Origin: Gordius albopunctatus
Lineage: Eukaryota
NCBI GenBank assembly: GCA_964276515.1
Contig: OZ193910.1
Location: forward strand, 8,556,001-8,620,000
DNA length: 64,000 nt
Direction of reading: 5' to 3'
Shown: piece by piece, positions 11,930 to 25,470 of the stretch
How positions within the stretch are numbered: position 1 is the first letter of the stretch
Layout: each line of letters starts with the position of its first letter
Position numbers and translations under genes: made by a program
The notes under the pieces: generated by a model
The model's database searches: none
What the model was told of the DNA's origin: nothing
The model's input: the letters and a program-made list of their open reading frames with translations, nothing else

Positions 11930-13700
11930 TACGCAGTGCTGTTTAGAGCCAGAGTATCTACTGACACCTCTGACTCCAGCTCCATCGACGCATGAGAGTA
12001 TTAGCGGGAACATCCCACCTGTTCCGCGCTGCTGGCTACCACTCCAGTTTTCTGCCCGGTCTTCGCTTTCAAGCACATCGTGGGCAAGTGTCAAGTTTTA
12101 CACCCTCAACACTTTTTTCTAACGAGACCGCTGGGCGATGTTTGGTGTCGAAGCAAGTTATTTGTTCTACTAGGCCGCACCGCCTGTCCTCTCCTGCCTA
12201 ATTTGGCCTCCCGTACGCCTGATCCTTCTTGGGCCGGCTGCCTTGTCTCTAAGTGCATCGTGTGACCAACCGAGAGAATGTGTTAAGTACAATATCCTTA
12301 TTCTCGCGCCCAACTTCACTTTGAACATGATTACCACCGGGATTCGCTTGTTCCTTGGTGTCCACGCTGCATCAATATGCATCTAGATAACTAAAATATT
12401 AAAATAATTATATATCATCATACAATTTCAATTGTTCCACATGCCTAATTTCGTGATTATTTTCATTAATTATTTGAATTTTATAAATTTAGCGCCCACC
12501 TGTTTGATTATTACACCTAACACCCATTTAGGTTTACCCAAGTAGTTTCAACATCAAACTCTTTGGTAAACCTTGGTATACTTGAACTAAGCAATGTTTG
12601 GTATTACTAAATTTTTAAAATCAAGTGGGTATCCTAAATAAGCGTTAAAGAATTCATAGCTAACCGCAACACAATTTAGATATCTTGCTGACATATTGTG
12701 ATAGCCTTGAGCCAAACACGTTCAATCCTTCATTACTTTAGCTATATTCAATCACCTTTAAAATATACCTACATACCTCTCTACCTGCCCATTAGAGCTA
12801 GGATGGTACGGTGGCAAAATTGTTTAAATTCATCGCTAACAACAACTTTATCGTTATCCGCAACAATTCTTTCTGGAAACCCGTAATTTTCTATTTTTTT
12901 AAATTCAAATTGTTACTTTATTCAATATCTTAAATATATTGTTAATTTCCTTCCAACCCAAACATGGATCTACTATTAAGATGTACCGCTTTTTATCTAA
13001 TTCCAAAAATCTTTCGATTTCGCCACGTAGATGCTCCTTCCTTCACAGAATTGGTGCATTAAGCTTATACAGCTCTCACACTCTGGATTTCTATAATTAA
13101 TTTAGGTAACCAGACGTATTTTCTGGTCAAACCCTTCAATTTATTCGTCCACAGTGACCTTCATATAATATTTTTGGTACCTACTTACGAAGCCTAACCG
13201 GTATCACTAATTTCATGCTTTTTAAGGACATTGTTTTTTAAACATAATTCCTTCAAAAAATGTTTAAAAGATGCAGTTAGGTCAATTAACGTCTATGCAT
13301 ATCAAGATATTTTTTACCTTTTTTAATTCAGGGTCTGTATTACTTTCGATTAAAATATCTCCTTAAAGAATCAATTATATGACCTCCTATGTCACAAGAC
13401 AAACGAGAATTATCGGCCTCAATGTTATCTGCGCCCAAACGCGATAGTACTTCAGCCAGATGATTATCTTCTCCCTTGACGTTTTTTAGATTAATGTAAA
13501 ATTACTTAACATTATAACCCAACGTTGTAATCTAGGTGTTTTTTAGTAATGCGATTATCAGCTTATCATCCGTAATTACAGTAAACGATTTGCCAATTTA
13601 ATACACTCGACACGGCTGCAACCCATATCTCGCGTTTAATAACAGAATATCGTATCTCAGTTTTTTTCGCCAAATATCCAGCCTATATCTAGCAGCTTAA
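11930..13700 (-). mobile_element. Heavily decayed LTR retrotransposon remnants (zinc knuckle, RNase H, integrase)
   Basis: KC*GCKT*HLPTMC (~12070-12115), TPRLQRWVIMLSN (~13500-13540) and PERIVADN..SDEFKQFC (~12810-12880). Many stops. Confidence 0.5.
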
Positions 13701-14407
13701 AATTAAATATTTATAGTTTAACGATATATTTATCATAACTTATAATATTATATTATTGATTATACCAAAATTATATATCCTAAATATAGAAATTTACCCG
13801 TGATTTTATATTATGTATTATTATATCGTAGATGGTAAACTTTTTCAAACTTTGTCCCATTTTCCAGTTTGTTGCAATCCGTATCTGACATAAAGCGCAG
13901 CCGATGTCAATATTAAAAAAATCAACCCTTAGTATTTATATTTATGAGGATCAATGCGAGTCTTTAGCAAAAAAATTCTTGATAAACTAAATTTTTCAAT
14001 ATCGTTTTTATCTCATTTATTTAATTAAAATTGGGTCTTCTTCTTTCCCCCTCCTCCTTTCCACCTAAATTTCCCCTCTAGCATTGATAGTTAAAAAAAC
14101 AATTTAATCTTCTTATCAAAATTGGTTTCTAAATTTAATTAGATAGATGGTAGCTTAATAAATACTTGTTGGTGACAAACAATAATATGGATGATAGATT
14201 ATAAATAATATACAATTTCATTATTACTATGTTATGCATATATTTAATATTACGGAAAATATAATCTTATTATATTCAAATTATAAATAAAGTTGGATAA
14301 ATTTTGACGCATATTTTGTGCTACTTTGAATACTTCTTGCTGGTAACTTTGTTTAAAAAACATACGCATCGCATACATTCATTTATACACATAAAAATCT
14401 TTCCGGA

Positions 14408-14801
14408 ATGCAAAACGAACAGGGAGAATTTGTGGATTTATACATCCCAAGAAAATGGTAATTAAGAGTATTCAAAATATTATACATTTTAAGTTCGGCA
14501 ACCAATAATATATTAAATGCAAAAGATTACGCATCAATTCAAATAAATATTGCTGATGTAGGTAAATAGAAGTTTTCGCATATGTTAATTTAGATAGGTG
14601 AAGATGGTGTTGCCCTAAAAACGTCAAATACCTTTGCCATCTGTGGAAAAATACGAAAAACTGTATTTTAAGTTAAACAAATTGATTTATTATTTTATTT
14701 AGGGGGAATCAGATGATTGCTTAAATAGACTATCTAAACAGCGTGGGATTTTAGCCAAGTGATAAGCTTTTTTTTATTTTAAATTTTGTAGGAATTTTTG
14801 A
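14408..14801 (+). CDS. RPS21: 40S ribosomal protein S21 (eS21), 5 coding exons
   Basis: Exons 14408-14457, 14494-14557, 14594-14662, 14703-14758 and 14792-14801 give MQNEQGEFVDLYIPRKCSATNNILNAKDYASIQINIADIGEDGVALKTSNTFAICGKIRKTGESDDCLNRLSKQRGILAKNF*. All introns are GT-AG; AATAAA lies near 14878. Confidence 0.97.
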
Positions 14802-16753
14802 CAGATTATGGGCTTCATATTTCAAAGCTGTAAAGATTTGAATTACTTTAAATTTTTGTAAACAAATTTATTATAATAATAAAAAATCTTGCTTTATTGT
14901 TCATATCTGTCTAATTCACAAACCTTGTTTAATTGCCAGTTTACCTTGTTTTTTGCATATCTAACTTTTGATCATGACTATCTTTTGTATATAAATGATA
15001 GTTAATGTTATTTTATTTTCTGCTCTTTCTGTTTTTTAAATAATTCTTTTAGCCTAATTTATATCATTCTTTATTATTATTTCTATAAAACTATTCCATA
15101 ATGATTATGTCTATTGATTTATTTATTGAGAAATACACAATTATATTATGTGAAATTCTTGTCTGAAACATTGGTAGGTAAGGCTTGCTTCTTTGAGTTC
15201 TTAAAATGGTTTGTATAAAAATGGGCAAGAAATATGTGGGATAGGTCAAGAACTTCATAATATAATAAAAATTTCTATTTAATAAGATTGTTGGCAAATA
15301 CAATAACTTGGATATTCTCCTATTCAAAGATCTTGGAGAAATAAAATAAAAGGGCATGATGATTTTTCCTCCCATATTATCTTTTTAAACCTTGTTAATT
15401 TTTTCTCACTTTTTATATAAAGAAATATTTTGGTATAATTTATTTTCATAGCTGGATTTATATCAGATCATATTAAAGTGTAGTTTACAAAGGAGTCTTC
15501 CAACAATCTCAAGATAATAATTAAAATTAATTTTCAGTTATACATAAGTTATATTCACATGAATAATACAAATGTAATATAGTGATCCTAATGAGAATAT
15601 TATTTTTAAAAAAATTATACTTTGTTATGAAGAAGCTTAATCTCATGAAGGATTTATATAAAAATGTAGACTTAGTCTTAAACTCATATTTTAAAATTTC
15701 GAGTCATTTGTGCAATTTATCTTCCTTGACGAAAATTGTGCAGCTATTTTTATAATAGGAATCTGCAATTATGTAAAACAAATTTTGTACCGCTGTTTGA
15801 ATTTAATTAGTCGGATCAATTTTTATTTTTGGCCCTAACTAGAGCCCGGATTCCAGCTTTTTTAAATTTTGAAAGTTTTGCTTTTGAAACTAGAATTTCG
15901 TCTCGCTCTAGAAAATCCTCGACTTACAATTTTTTATACCATCAGGATTATTATCTAAATTAAAAAATTCCAAATGGCTAACAATTGTTTCATTCATAAA
16001 TATGTCATATATAAAATTTAAATGGCCTCTCATTAGATTTGCCCGACCCAGTCTGAAACAATATGTTTGGTCATTATTTATTATTTCACTTTTATCAAAA
16101 AATAAACACCTATAAAGTGTTGGGATATGTTTATCAAAATTTATAAACATATAGATGGCGTTATCGAGTAATATACATGTTTAACAATTAATTAAATTTT
16201 TATATAAAAAAATCTTATTTTTTTTTATAATAATAACCAAAAACTATTTTTTCTTCATTTAAAATTGTAAATATTTAAAAAGTTTGACGCATCTTGAAAA
16301 AGGAAAATAGTTAAAGTAAAATATAAATTTATTCTTAAATTTATCGCATAAAACAAGAGATTTTTATCAGGTTAAGCTGAGGTCAACCTGGGTTTCAGGT
16401 TGGGGATAAAATTGACCTGAAGGTTTTTCAGGTCAATTTTCGGGATCAACCTCAGGTTAAGTTTCGCGTGTTCAAAAACCTGGTAAAAGGTTTTTGAACA
16501 CCCGAACCTTAACCCTCAGGTTGCCTGATCAAAACCTAGGTTTTGATCATCACTAATTTAAATATAGTAATTGTTAGAAGTTCAACTTAAGAAATAAGAT
16601 AAGTAAATTTTAAAAAAAGTTTTTTATTTAGAACTGTTAAAAATATTTTTTATAAAGTTGGATTTTTAGTTTTAAATTATTAGCTGTATAAATTGTAACG
16701 AGTGAAAATGGATTTCTTAAAAACCATCTTAATTGTAAATTACGAGCAATAAC

Positions 16754-16944
16754 TAGAGTTGTTAAATTGCTAACTTTCTTCAACTCCAGCTACCATCTGC
16801 TCGGCCTTCGAGCATTTTTATATGCTACTGCTCCGCCTAGTGCACCAAACAGCGAGCACATATTGTGTTAACGCGCATATTAAGCAACTCAGTGTGCGTG
16901 CTCGCGTTTGGAGTTTGAAGAAACTTAGCAATTTAACAACTCTA
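16754..16944. mobile_element. hAT-type MITE with 8-bp TSD
   Basis: TIR TAGAGTTGTTAAATTGCTAA at both ends; perfect TSD GCAATAAC at 16746-16753 and 16945-16952. A partial relative lies at ~42545-42756. Confidence 0.9.
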
Positions 16945-18785
16945 GCAATAACAATTTAATGCATAGTGGTGCCTCCAGCTTTTTTAAGCACCCTAACATC
17001 TGTGTCTGCTGAGCAATATTTTCTAAAGTATATTTGAGTATACGGGTAACCGTAATAGGATTATATTTAGAATTCTCTAACATTTTTCTCCTTTAACTCA
17101 TAGTATATCTCCTAAATTTCCGAATTAAAATGACATTATGTTTTGTCCTATGCATTAATTTTCACATTATAAACTGGGCAAATTTACAAAAATACCTTTA
17201 AGTGAATACACAAATTGTATTAGATAAATAACTATTTAATGGCAAGATTAGGTGTTAATCCGGTAAAGAAGAAGGAATAGTGTCGTGGTCAATTATTATG
17301 TCCAAGGGCGTCTGTAACGTCAGGGTTGGAGTGTTAGTTTCAGAGAATTTTAGCTTTTAATTTCGGTCTATTAATGCCTTTGGTGTTTTCGGTTAGATTG
17401 AGATTGAAGGTAGTCCAGAATCAATTGAAAATAAGTGAATTTAAGGATCTTTTTATTTGATAAATATAAGTCAGAAACGTTTTCGGGGGGAACAGTGTTT
17501 CATGTAACATCGATAGGTAAGGTTCCAGGGGTAGAATCAAAATGTTGGAGTAGCGGGTCGCAAGGTTATGGGGGAATATGGTAATACACCCGACGGAAAA
17601 TAGTTTTTGTTTATCAGATAATTGCGGCGAGGCAAAAAATAGCTAGGAAAAATAATTAATGAATTTTCACTGTATCCATGAGTTTTTATATTGATAAGTT
17701 AGGGTTCGTTGTTCCATTTGTTTATTTTCTATTTTTAAAAAGGGCATAACTCTTAAATCAACCCCGGCCTTATTTTAAACTCAACCAAACTTATTTCCTA
17801 GCCCATTAATCTAAATGTCAATACACTTGCGCATCCCCATCTTCCATATCCCTATACTAAACTATTCATCCAACTTATTTCCCCGTACGTTGATCTTAAT
17901 GGTCAACCTAAAACTAAATGAAACATTCCCAACCTTAACTATGCCCATTAATCTTAATATTCACCCCAACTAAAACATTTCCCTCTTAATTTTAACAGCT
18001 ACTCCACTTAGAACATTCCCATATAGTGGTAATAAATAATCAAGGTAGGCCTTATTCAATCTCATGTATGCGAACATTCTTAACCCCCTTAACTCCTGTG
18101 GATACAACATTAGGTATGAATGGAAAGTAATTTTTTTCAAATTAAATTGGATTGCAGTCGAAATCGTATAAGTAATAATAACATGCAATAAACTCGAAGG
18201 GCTATGATCAATGATGGTAATACAAATGGACTAAAACGTTTGCCATAAATTATTTAAAGAAAGCGTTTATTTTAAGCTTTTGGCCAGTGTTAATAAAGGG
18301 TAGTAATTAGCCCAAATATTTAACCAGGTCAAATACATGTAAACTTAAATATTTTTTAGTATACAATATATTTTTGACAACAGTGAATTTGATACAAATG
18401 TTATTATTTGCAAAACTAAAAAATTTTAATTATCTATACTTCAAATTTGTATATTGTATTATAATTTTATTAATTGATTTCTACTTTAAATTTTCAATGA
18501 CACATCATACCAAATCAGTATCAAGTTTGTGTATTAAAGTTTTTCAATTAATTTATTTTTTAATTTTTATAGTTAATTAATAATTATGAGAATTATTTAG
18601 TATAAATTTTTTCTTAAAAGAGACGAGTCAAGAATTCTCGAGAGGTGACCGAGATTTTTCCAGACCGAAATGAGATCGAGATTCTCAAGATCTGCTTTAA
18701 TAAGGCACCTCTAAATCGTAGGGTGAACTGACGGAAGCTAAGGCAACATATGAGAAAGCTGTATTTATTAGTATTTTTTATATCA

Positions 18786-19817
18786 TCTATAAATATAAAG
18801 TAGAGTCTATGTATATATATATATGTGTGTATGTATGTATGGAAGGGCTAATCTCTGAAACTACCGGCCCTAAGCGCGAAAATTTAACCATAGATGCCAG
18901 GGCGGCCAGGGGTAAAATAGTTTTTTCAGAATCCTAAAATACCTTTTAGTTTTAAAAAATATCGGACATTTTACGGCCAGTTTAATTAATTATCTATATT
19001 ATATTAAAGAAAATTGTATTTCAAATAAATCAGCTAACTAGAAAAATAAAATAATGGTATTATTGTATAATAAGCAGGTTTTGAATTAGGGGGGGGGAAG
19101 ATTTAAAAAAAAATTTTTCTCGACTATCCAAAAATTTTCATGAGAGCAAAAATAAGGTTTTCGACTACTAAATTCCTAAATTTTTCCTGAGACCCGCAGA
19201 GGGTAGCCGCCCTCCCCTGGCTAATTAGGGGGGGGGGGAGGCCAAACATAATTTTTAAGGGTTTTTGTATTGAAATTTTTTTTTAATTAGGGGGGGGAGG
19301 GGTACGCCCATGAATCAAAGTCATTTTTTTGCTTATTTTATGTCATTTATTATTATTATTATAGGACGGTCGTGTCCCCTCCTGCGTGGCTAAATAAATT
19401 AAAAAATCTAATTTTGTCATTTTTTGCGCGTTAAATAAGGAGAAAAATGAAAATACAATTAACAAAGTGCCAATAAATGTTGATATATCTCAGTTCTTCG
19501 GATATTATTAAGTTCAGAATTAAAAGTTTTATTCGGAAACAAATAATTATGATATTGTTTCTTAATTACAAAAAAAATAAAAAATTGCTTGAAGGGTCAG
19601 GGGGCCAAAGATTTTTCCCTTTGGCGGGGGGGCATGGGGCCAGGTTTTATCTCTTGGGTGGGCCTGGGCCTTGGACCCTCTTTAACTATTTGTTTGAAAA
19701 TTATCAAACTTTATTTTTACTTCAAAAACCGCTTTGAAATCATGTATGCCCTAAATTTCCAACATAATTTAATACACCCGGGTAAATGGCAAAACAACGT
19801 TTGCCGGGTTCATCTAG
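18786..19817 (+). mobile_element. Non-autonomous Helitron, copy 1
   Basis: A|TC 5' end, a TA/GTAT microsatellite, the subterminal hairpin GGCAAAACAACGTTTGCC and a CTAG|T 3' end; no TSD. Confidence 0.85.
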
Positions 19818-19973
19818 TCTTCAATAAAGGCTCACCTGCGAAAATTTACCAACGTTTCAAGATAATAAAGCGCGTACAAAGAATAAGAAAACATCGGTAC
19901 TTTTTAAGAGATTATGAGTTTTTTACCTTTACTATGAATATAGAGCATTTTTTACCACAAAGATATTTGACCT

Positions 19974-22900
19974 TGTTAAGGGCTTGATGTTTATTCACAT
20001 AAACTATTCGTACTGGGATAAAATAATCTAAAAGTCAAAGTTACAACCAATTAACGATAATTTGATCGACAACACGCAGGTAAATAATGTAAACACGCAG
20101 GTAAATACGTATCCCATTACCTATCTACAGTTCCCCCCTTTTCACAGACAAAATCCTTAAGAAATGCTGGCGGTTTCCGTCTACGCTGCGGGTATCTCGG
20201 TTCTTCCCTAGTCGTTCCTGTCTGGTTTTGGCTTTGTTCCCTTGTCGCACTTGTTTCCCTGTTTTGCATTTGTTCCCTCTTCCCTTTCTGATGATCTTCT
20301 TTGTGGCCACCCGTTCTCTATCCCAGCGTTGTCCAATCCAGGATTCTCCCTTTCCTTACTTGATCCAGGTGTCGGTGGTGCTTTCTTCCCTGTGCCCATA
20401 TATCGTAGGAACGACTCCCGTGTTTGGCTTTTATCGTGCCTTCTACCCATTTGCTTGGACCCAAAAACATGCGTACCCAAACCAAGTCTCCTGCGTTGAA
20501 CATTCGCGGGTTCCCGGTCTCTACCCATTATTGTGGTACGATTTCCCTCAATACCTCCCATTCGGTTCGCATACGCCTTTTTAGCATCATCTCTGCCGGG
20601 CTTTTATTGGTTGCGGGGTATTTTGTCGATCTGTAGTTTTCCGAAAATCTACTTAGCCCTATTTCCGACTCGTTTCTCATGATGGCTTCTTTCATTAATC
20701 GTACGTATCTTTCTGCCAAACCGTTCGACGCAGGATGGTACGGAGCTGTCCATCGCTGATTAATCCCTCTCATCTTGCAAAAGTTCTGTAAATCTTGCCC
20801 TTCGAATTGTGGACCTTTATCTGATATTAACCATGGTGGATTTCCAAATCTAGCAAACGTTTCGGCCAGTTTTTTTATAATGGTTGTCGATGTGGTGTCT
20901 TCTAATTTAAACACCTCTAACCATTTCGACCTCTTGTCCCTCATCACGAGGTATGACTTGCCCTTGAGAGGGCCCATGATATCGATATGTAGTTGGACCC
21001 ATGGTTTATGGCTAGGTTGACACTCTATCAACGTTGCCTTCTTCGCCGCCGTGGCCGTGTAATTGCAATTCCGGCACCCTTTCGCTACGCTCAATAAGTC
21101 ATCGTCGAGAGTAGGCCACCATATATACTGCCGCACCACTTCTTGCATTCGCTTGGTGGCCCCTATGTAGTCTTTGGAGTACCGTTCCTAGTAATTTAGC
21201 CGGAATTAATATTCGTCGCCCTTTGTAATATATTATGCTTTTGGCTTCATGCAACTTTGGCAGGTGTTATTCGTAGGCGCGTTTCAGACCAGCGTTACCA
21301 TCGTGTTTTTTTACCTCTAATCCACTCTTTTAATTGACGTAGCCCCGGATCATCTAAGGTGTCTTGTCTTACTACGTCCAATGATATAAACGGATTCGTC
21401 GAGTCTTCTGGCATTTCCTCGCTAACCTGATGCGCGTGTTCGTTCGGTTTCCCAGACAAGAAATCTGCCGCGTTTTCGGATCCCTTGTTGTACTCAAACT
21501 TAGTCGTGTAGCCTGACACCATGAGCGCCCACCTAGTTAGACGAGGTGACCATTGTTCCTTGCCCTTTTTGCTCTGATCAAATATATATACTAGCGGTCT
21601 ATGATCCGTCATAATAGTAATGCTTCGTCCTTGTATATATTCATTGAATTTTTTAATCCATACACCACCGCTAGGGCCTCTCGTTCGATCGTCGAATACC
21701 GGCTTTCGCTATCGTTTAACTCTCTTGACACATAGGCCACCACCCTCCAATTCTCTCCTGGTGCTCGTTGCTGTAATATGGCCCCTAATCATGTACCCGA
21801 GGCGTCTACGACCAGGCCAGTCTCCCAATCTCCATTAAAGTACGCTAGTACGGGGCTTTCGTAAGCGCGGACTTGATAGCTTCAAATGCGCCTTGTTGTT
21901 CTCCACCCCAGTGATACACCACATTTTTTTTCATTAGTTTCTGAATCGGGTGCACGATTTTGGCGTAGTCCTTAATGAACTTTGAAAAATATGCTGTTAA
22001 CCCCAGGAAGAATTTTATTTCATTTTTGTTTGTTAAATTTTTCCACTGCTTGACTATTTCGGCTTTATTGTCGTTGATTTGAATCCCCTTGTTACTTATT
22101 ACGTATCCCAAAAAGGTTACTTCCTTCGCCCACAAGATGCTCTTGGCAATGTTTGGCACGAACCCCCACTTTTGTAACGTTTCTAGTACTTTGAGTATCC
22201 GCTCGTTGTGAATTTCTTCCGTTTCCCCTGCGATTAATATGTCGTCGATGTATACCGCTACCCCCTCCATGCCTCCTAATATTTGGTCCATTGTTTTTTG
22301 GAAAATAGCCCCGGCACAATTTAAGCCAAAAGGCATCCGGTTAACTTTAAATAAGCCCTTGTACGTAGAGATCGTCAATCGTTGGCTCGTCTCTGGCCCT
22401 AATTAGAGCTATAAGTACGCTTTCGTAAGGTCCAGCTTCGTAAAATAACTTTATTTAACAAATCGTCGATTTTGGGTAAGGGGTAAAGCAACCCTTGTGC
22501 GTATGTCATTTTCTGCCAACAGTCTCGCCTCTAGGCTTCTATCGCGCAATCATATAATGAATTGGTCGACGATTCTGCTCTGCACTTCTTCACTTCCAAA
22601 GTTGCAGCTATTAGCCCCGGCCTTGAGTCTATTAGCGTACACGTCTATCGTCTCTCCCTGGCCTTGTCGGACCTTTGAGAATTCGTATCTCTTTGCCCTC
22701 GTACATGAATTTCTCTGGAATAATTTCCTTAACCGATTTTTCGCTTCTTCTTATGTAATTCTTGCGGTCTATAATCCTCTAGTATTAATTGGAATGCATC
22801 ACCCTCGAGGCTGGTTAATAATAGCGCGGCTTTTTGTTCATCTGTCTCCGTCTTATTGTTCCTAAGGAATAACTCAAATTGAGTTAAGAAAGCGTCGATG

Positions 22901-23159
22901 TTAGCCGTTGTTTTATATTTCTGCATCTCCGCGTAGGTTTCGCCACGATGCCACTGTTAAGGGCTGATATTTATTCACCTAAACTATTAGGAGTGTGATA
23001 CAATAATCTAAAAGTCACCATCACCGTATATAACAAACGCATATATAAGTTACAACCAATTGACGATAATTTGATCGACAGAACGCAGGTAAATAATGTA
23101 AACACGCAGATAAATAACGTATCCCCGGAGGCACTTCGCACTCCTATTACCTCTCTACA
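19974..23159 (-). mobile_element. Gypsy LTR retrotransposon, internally deleted and defective
   Basis: LTRs at 19974-20129 and 22955-23159 (TG...CA), TSD GACCT, PBS TGGCATCG and PPT GTGAAAAGGGGG. Contains a gag remnant, RT (RMPFGL, YIDD), RNase H (TDHRPL) and integrase (HIDIMGP, SDKGPQF, YHPASNGLAER). The protease region is missing. Confidence 0.95.
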
Positions 23160-23897
23160 GACCTGTACATATTATTTATGCCTCAAGTTTTCAAAATATT
23201 ATATATGTTTACAAATTAAAATTAATGAAGAATGACATAGGAATATAGCGTGTAAAACGTTAAAAAGTTAAAAGGGCCACTTTTCGCAGGTCAAGCCTCA
23301 TTTATCAGAATATGTGGACCACTAGGACGAAAACTAAAAACATATTATTGTTCAGCATAAATTTCTTTATTATAATTATTTGTTAGATAACGGGATAGAA
23401 TCACAGAGCTAATATTTCTGGACCTTTGAAATCAGTGATACATCTCAAAGGATATAAAATGCAAATTAAGTTTGAATTTTTTTATTAGAGATATTAATTA
23501 TATGCAAAATATTTAACAATCAATTTCAATATTACCAGACTTGATTGTTATAAACATCTTGTTTCAATGTATTAAATTTACAAATTAGTTAGATCTTATT
23601 ATAATTATTAAATTAAGCTTACGCTTTTTTCTATTAAACTTTTTTTGCTTAATTAGGATTTATTTTTACCTAAGGCAGGTATATATATTTTAGGCTTTAC
23701 ATAACATAATATGATAACAGGATCAAGCTTTAAGGACGCAATATATAAAATCCTAAGGTTTGCAATTTATAAAAAGAAACAAATAAACTTTTCGTTATTT
23801 AATTAACTGAATAAGATGTTAAAAATGTTGTTCTCTATTTATTTAAAAAATTTGGATCGTGTAACTTTGACCTAAAACATATGGATTATATATAAAT

Positions 23898-24431
23898 ATG
23901 GTAATCTTAAATACTTGACTTGTTAGCTTTTAGATTCGCTTTATACTTATACAAAACCGTGCCGGCAAAACTAGGTTGGCAAAATGGTTTATGAATTTTG
24001 ACGATGATGAGAAGCAAAAATTGATTGAAGAAGTTCACGCTATTGTGACAGTTAGAGATGCCAAGCATACTAATTTTGTTGAAGTTAAAATAAGCCTTTA
24101 TTCAATCTTTAATTTTTAATAGTTCAGAAATTTTAAAATCGTATATCGACGATATGCCGGATTATACTTTTGTATATGTGTTGATGTTTCTGATAATAGC
24201 TTGTTTTATCTGGAAGCTATTCATAACTTTGTTGAAGTCTTAAATGAATATTTTCATAATGTCTGTGAATTGGATTTAGTTTTTAACTTTTATAAAGTAT
24301 TTTTTAAATGTTTATCTATATATCTGTAGGTTTACACAGTTGTTGATGAAATGTTTATGGCTGGAGAAATTAGGGAAACAAGTCAAACAAAAGTTCTTAA
24401 GCAACTATTATTATTAAATTCTTTTGAATAA
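23898..24431 (+). CDS. AP2S1: AP-2 complex subunit sigma, 4 coding exons
   Basis: Exons 23898-23900, 23934-24083, 24123-24296 and 24330-24431 give [67 protein letters not shown]...[45 protein letters not shown]. Confidence 0.97.
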
Positions 24432-25470
24432 TAATTTAATATATTGTATATAATAATGTCACATTAAAAGTCTAATATTTTAATATATTGTTTTACATAT
24501 TCTAGTATCTTGGGTTGAATTATTTTTTGATTTGCCATTTGTTGAGTTGAATTAATTAAAATATATTTATTTTTGATGAAACACTAATTTAATATAAAAG
24601 GAAAACAAAAAAATTTAAAATAAATTTTTATTAATGCATAATATTATAGGTGTATAGGATTAGAAATAGAGTAGGGCAATAATGATTTAAGGAGTTGCAA
24701 ATGGATAATTTATTTTAATTTTAACCATATATCTAATAAATATTGAAGCATCTTTTGATTTAAAGGGGAACTGCTCCCTCCTCACTATACCCATGCATAA
24801 TATTAATATAAATGAATTATGGAATTTTCAAATTATTTAAAACAAATTTTATAAATCACTAAAATTTCTTTAGATTAAATTTGCAATTTTTTTTGTTTTA
24901 CCTGCTAAGTCTTTGTCAATCATCTCACATCCCAAATAATAAGCTTATAAATGCAGTCTTTAAAGGCATGGGGCCAGCCTCTGCTGTAAAATAAAACAAT
25001 GGGCCGTAATGTATTTTAATGGGCTCTCGCCAGCGGGTCTAGATATAAATAAGGCCAAAATTAAGTTCATAATTTATAATTATTTGATGTTTGTTGAATC
25101 AAAAGGTAAAATTAAATTATTTCCATCTTACTCCATTGATTCATCAATATCTCAAGGTGCATTATAAGTTTTAATAGCAATTATGGGGGGGGGGGCAGTA
25201 AGGATTTATACAGAGGGGCAGCTTCCCGTCATTGCCTCCCCATTTATAACATGGCAATATTAAAGTGAATTAATTTAATATTTAGATTAGCCTTATTACA
25301 ATTTTATGTTTATTGAAAAATTAAAACAAATTTTAAAATTTATATTTTCTTCAAGTTTCCTTTATAAAATAATCAATATTTTAAAATATTTAAAATGGTG
25401 GCTTAGCAAAAAAGCCAAGTAACTTTATTAAAAACAGTGTTACCTAATATAAAAGGTTTTTAAACGTTTA

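Noticed and set aside
14900..16150. Possible spliced gene on the minus strand starting MFINFDKHIP
   Set aside because: Splice-like sites exist, but I could not build a stop-free model or recognise a homologue. RNA-seq is needed.
16960..17100. hAT dimerisation-domain remnant (FLSTLTSVSAEQ)
   Set aside because: Too short and degenerate to support.
4202..24431. Functional cluster of adaptor-complex genes (AP3M and AP2S1)
   Set aside because: They belong to different complexes, lie 19 kb apart with an unrelated gene between them, and there is no synteny evidence here.
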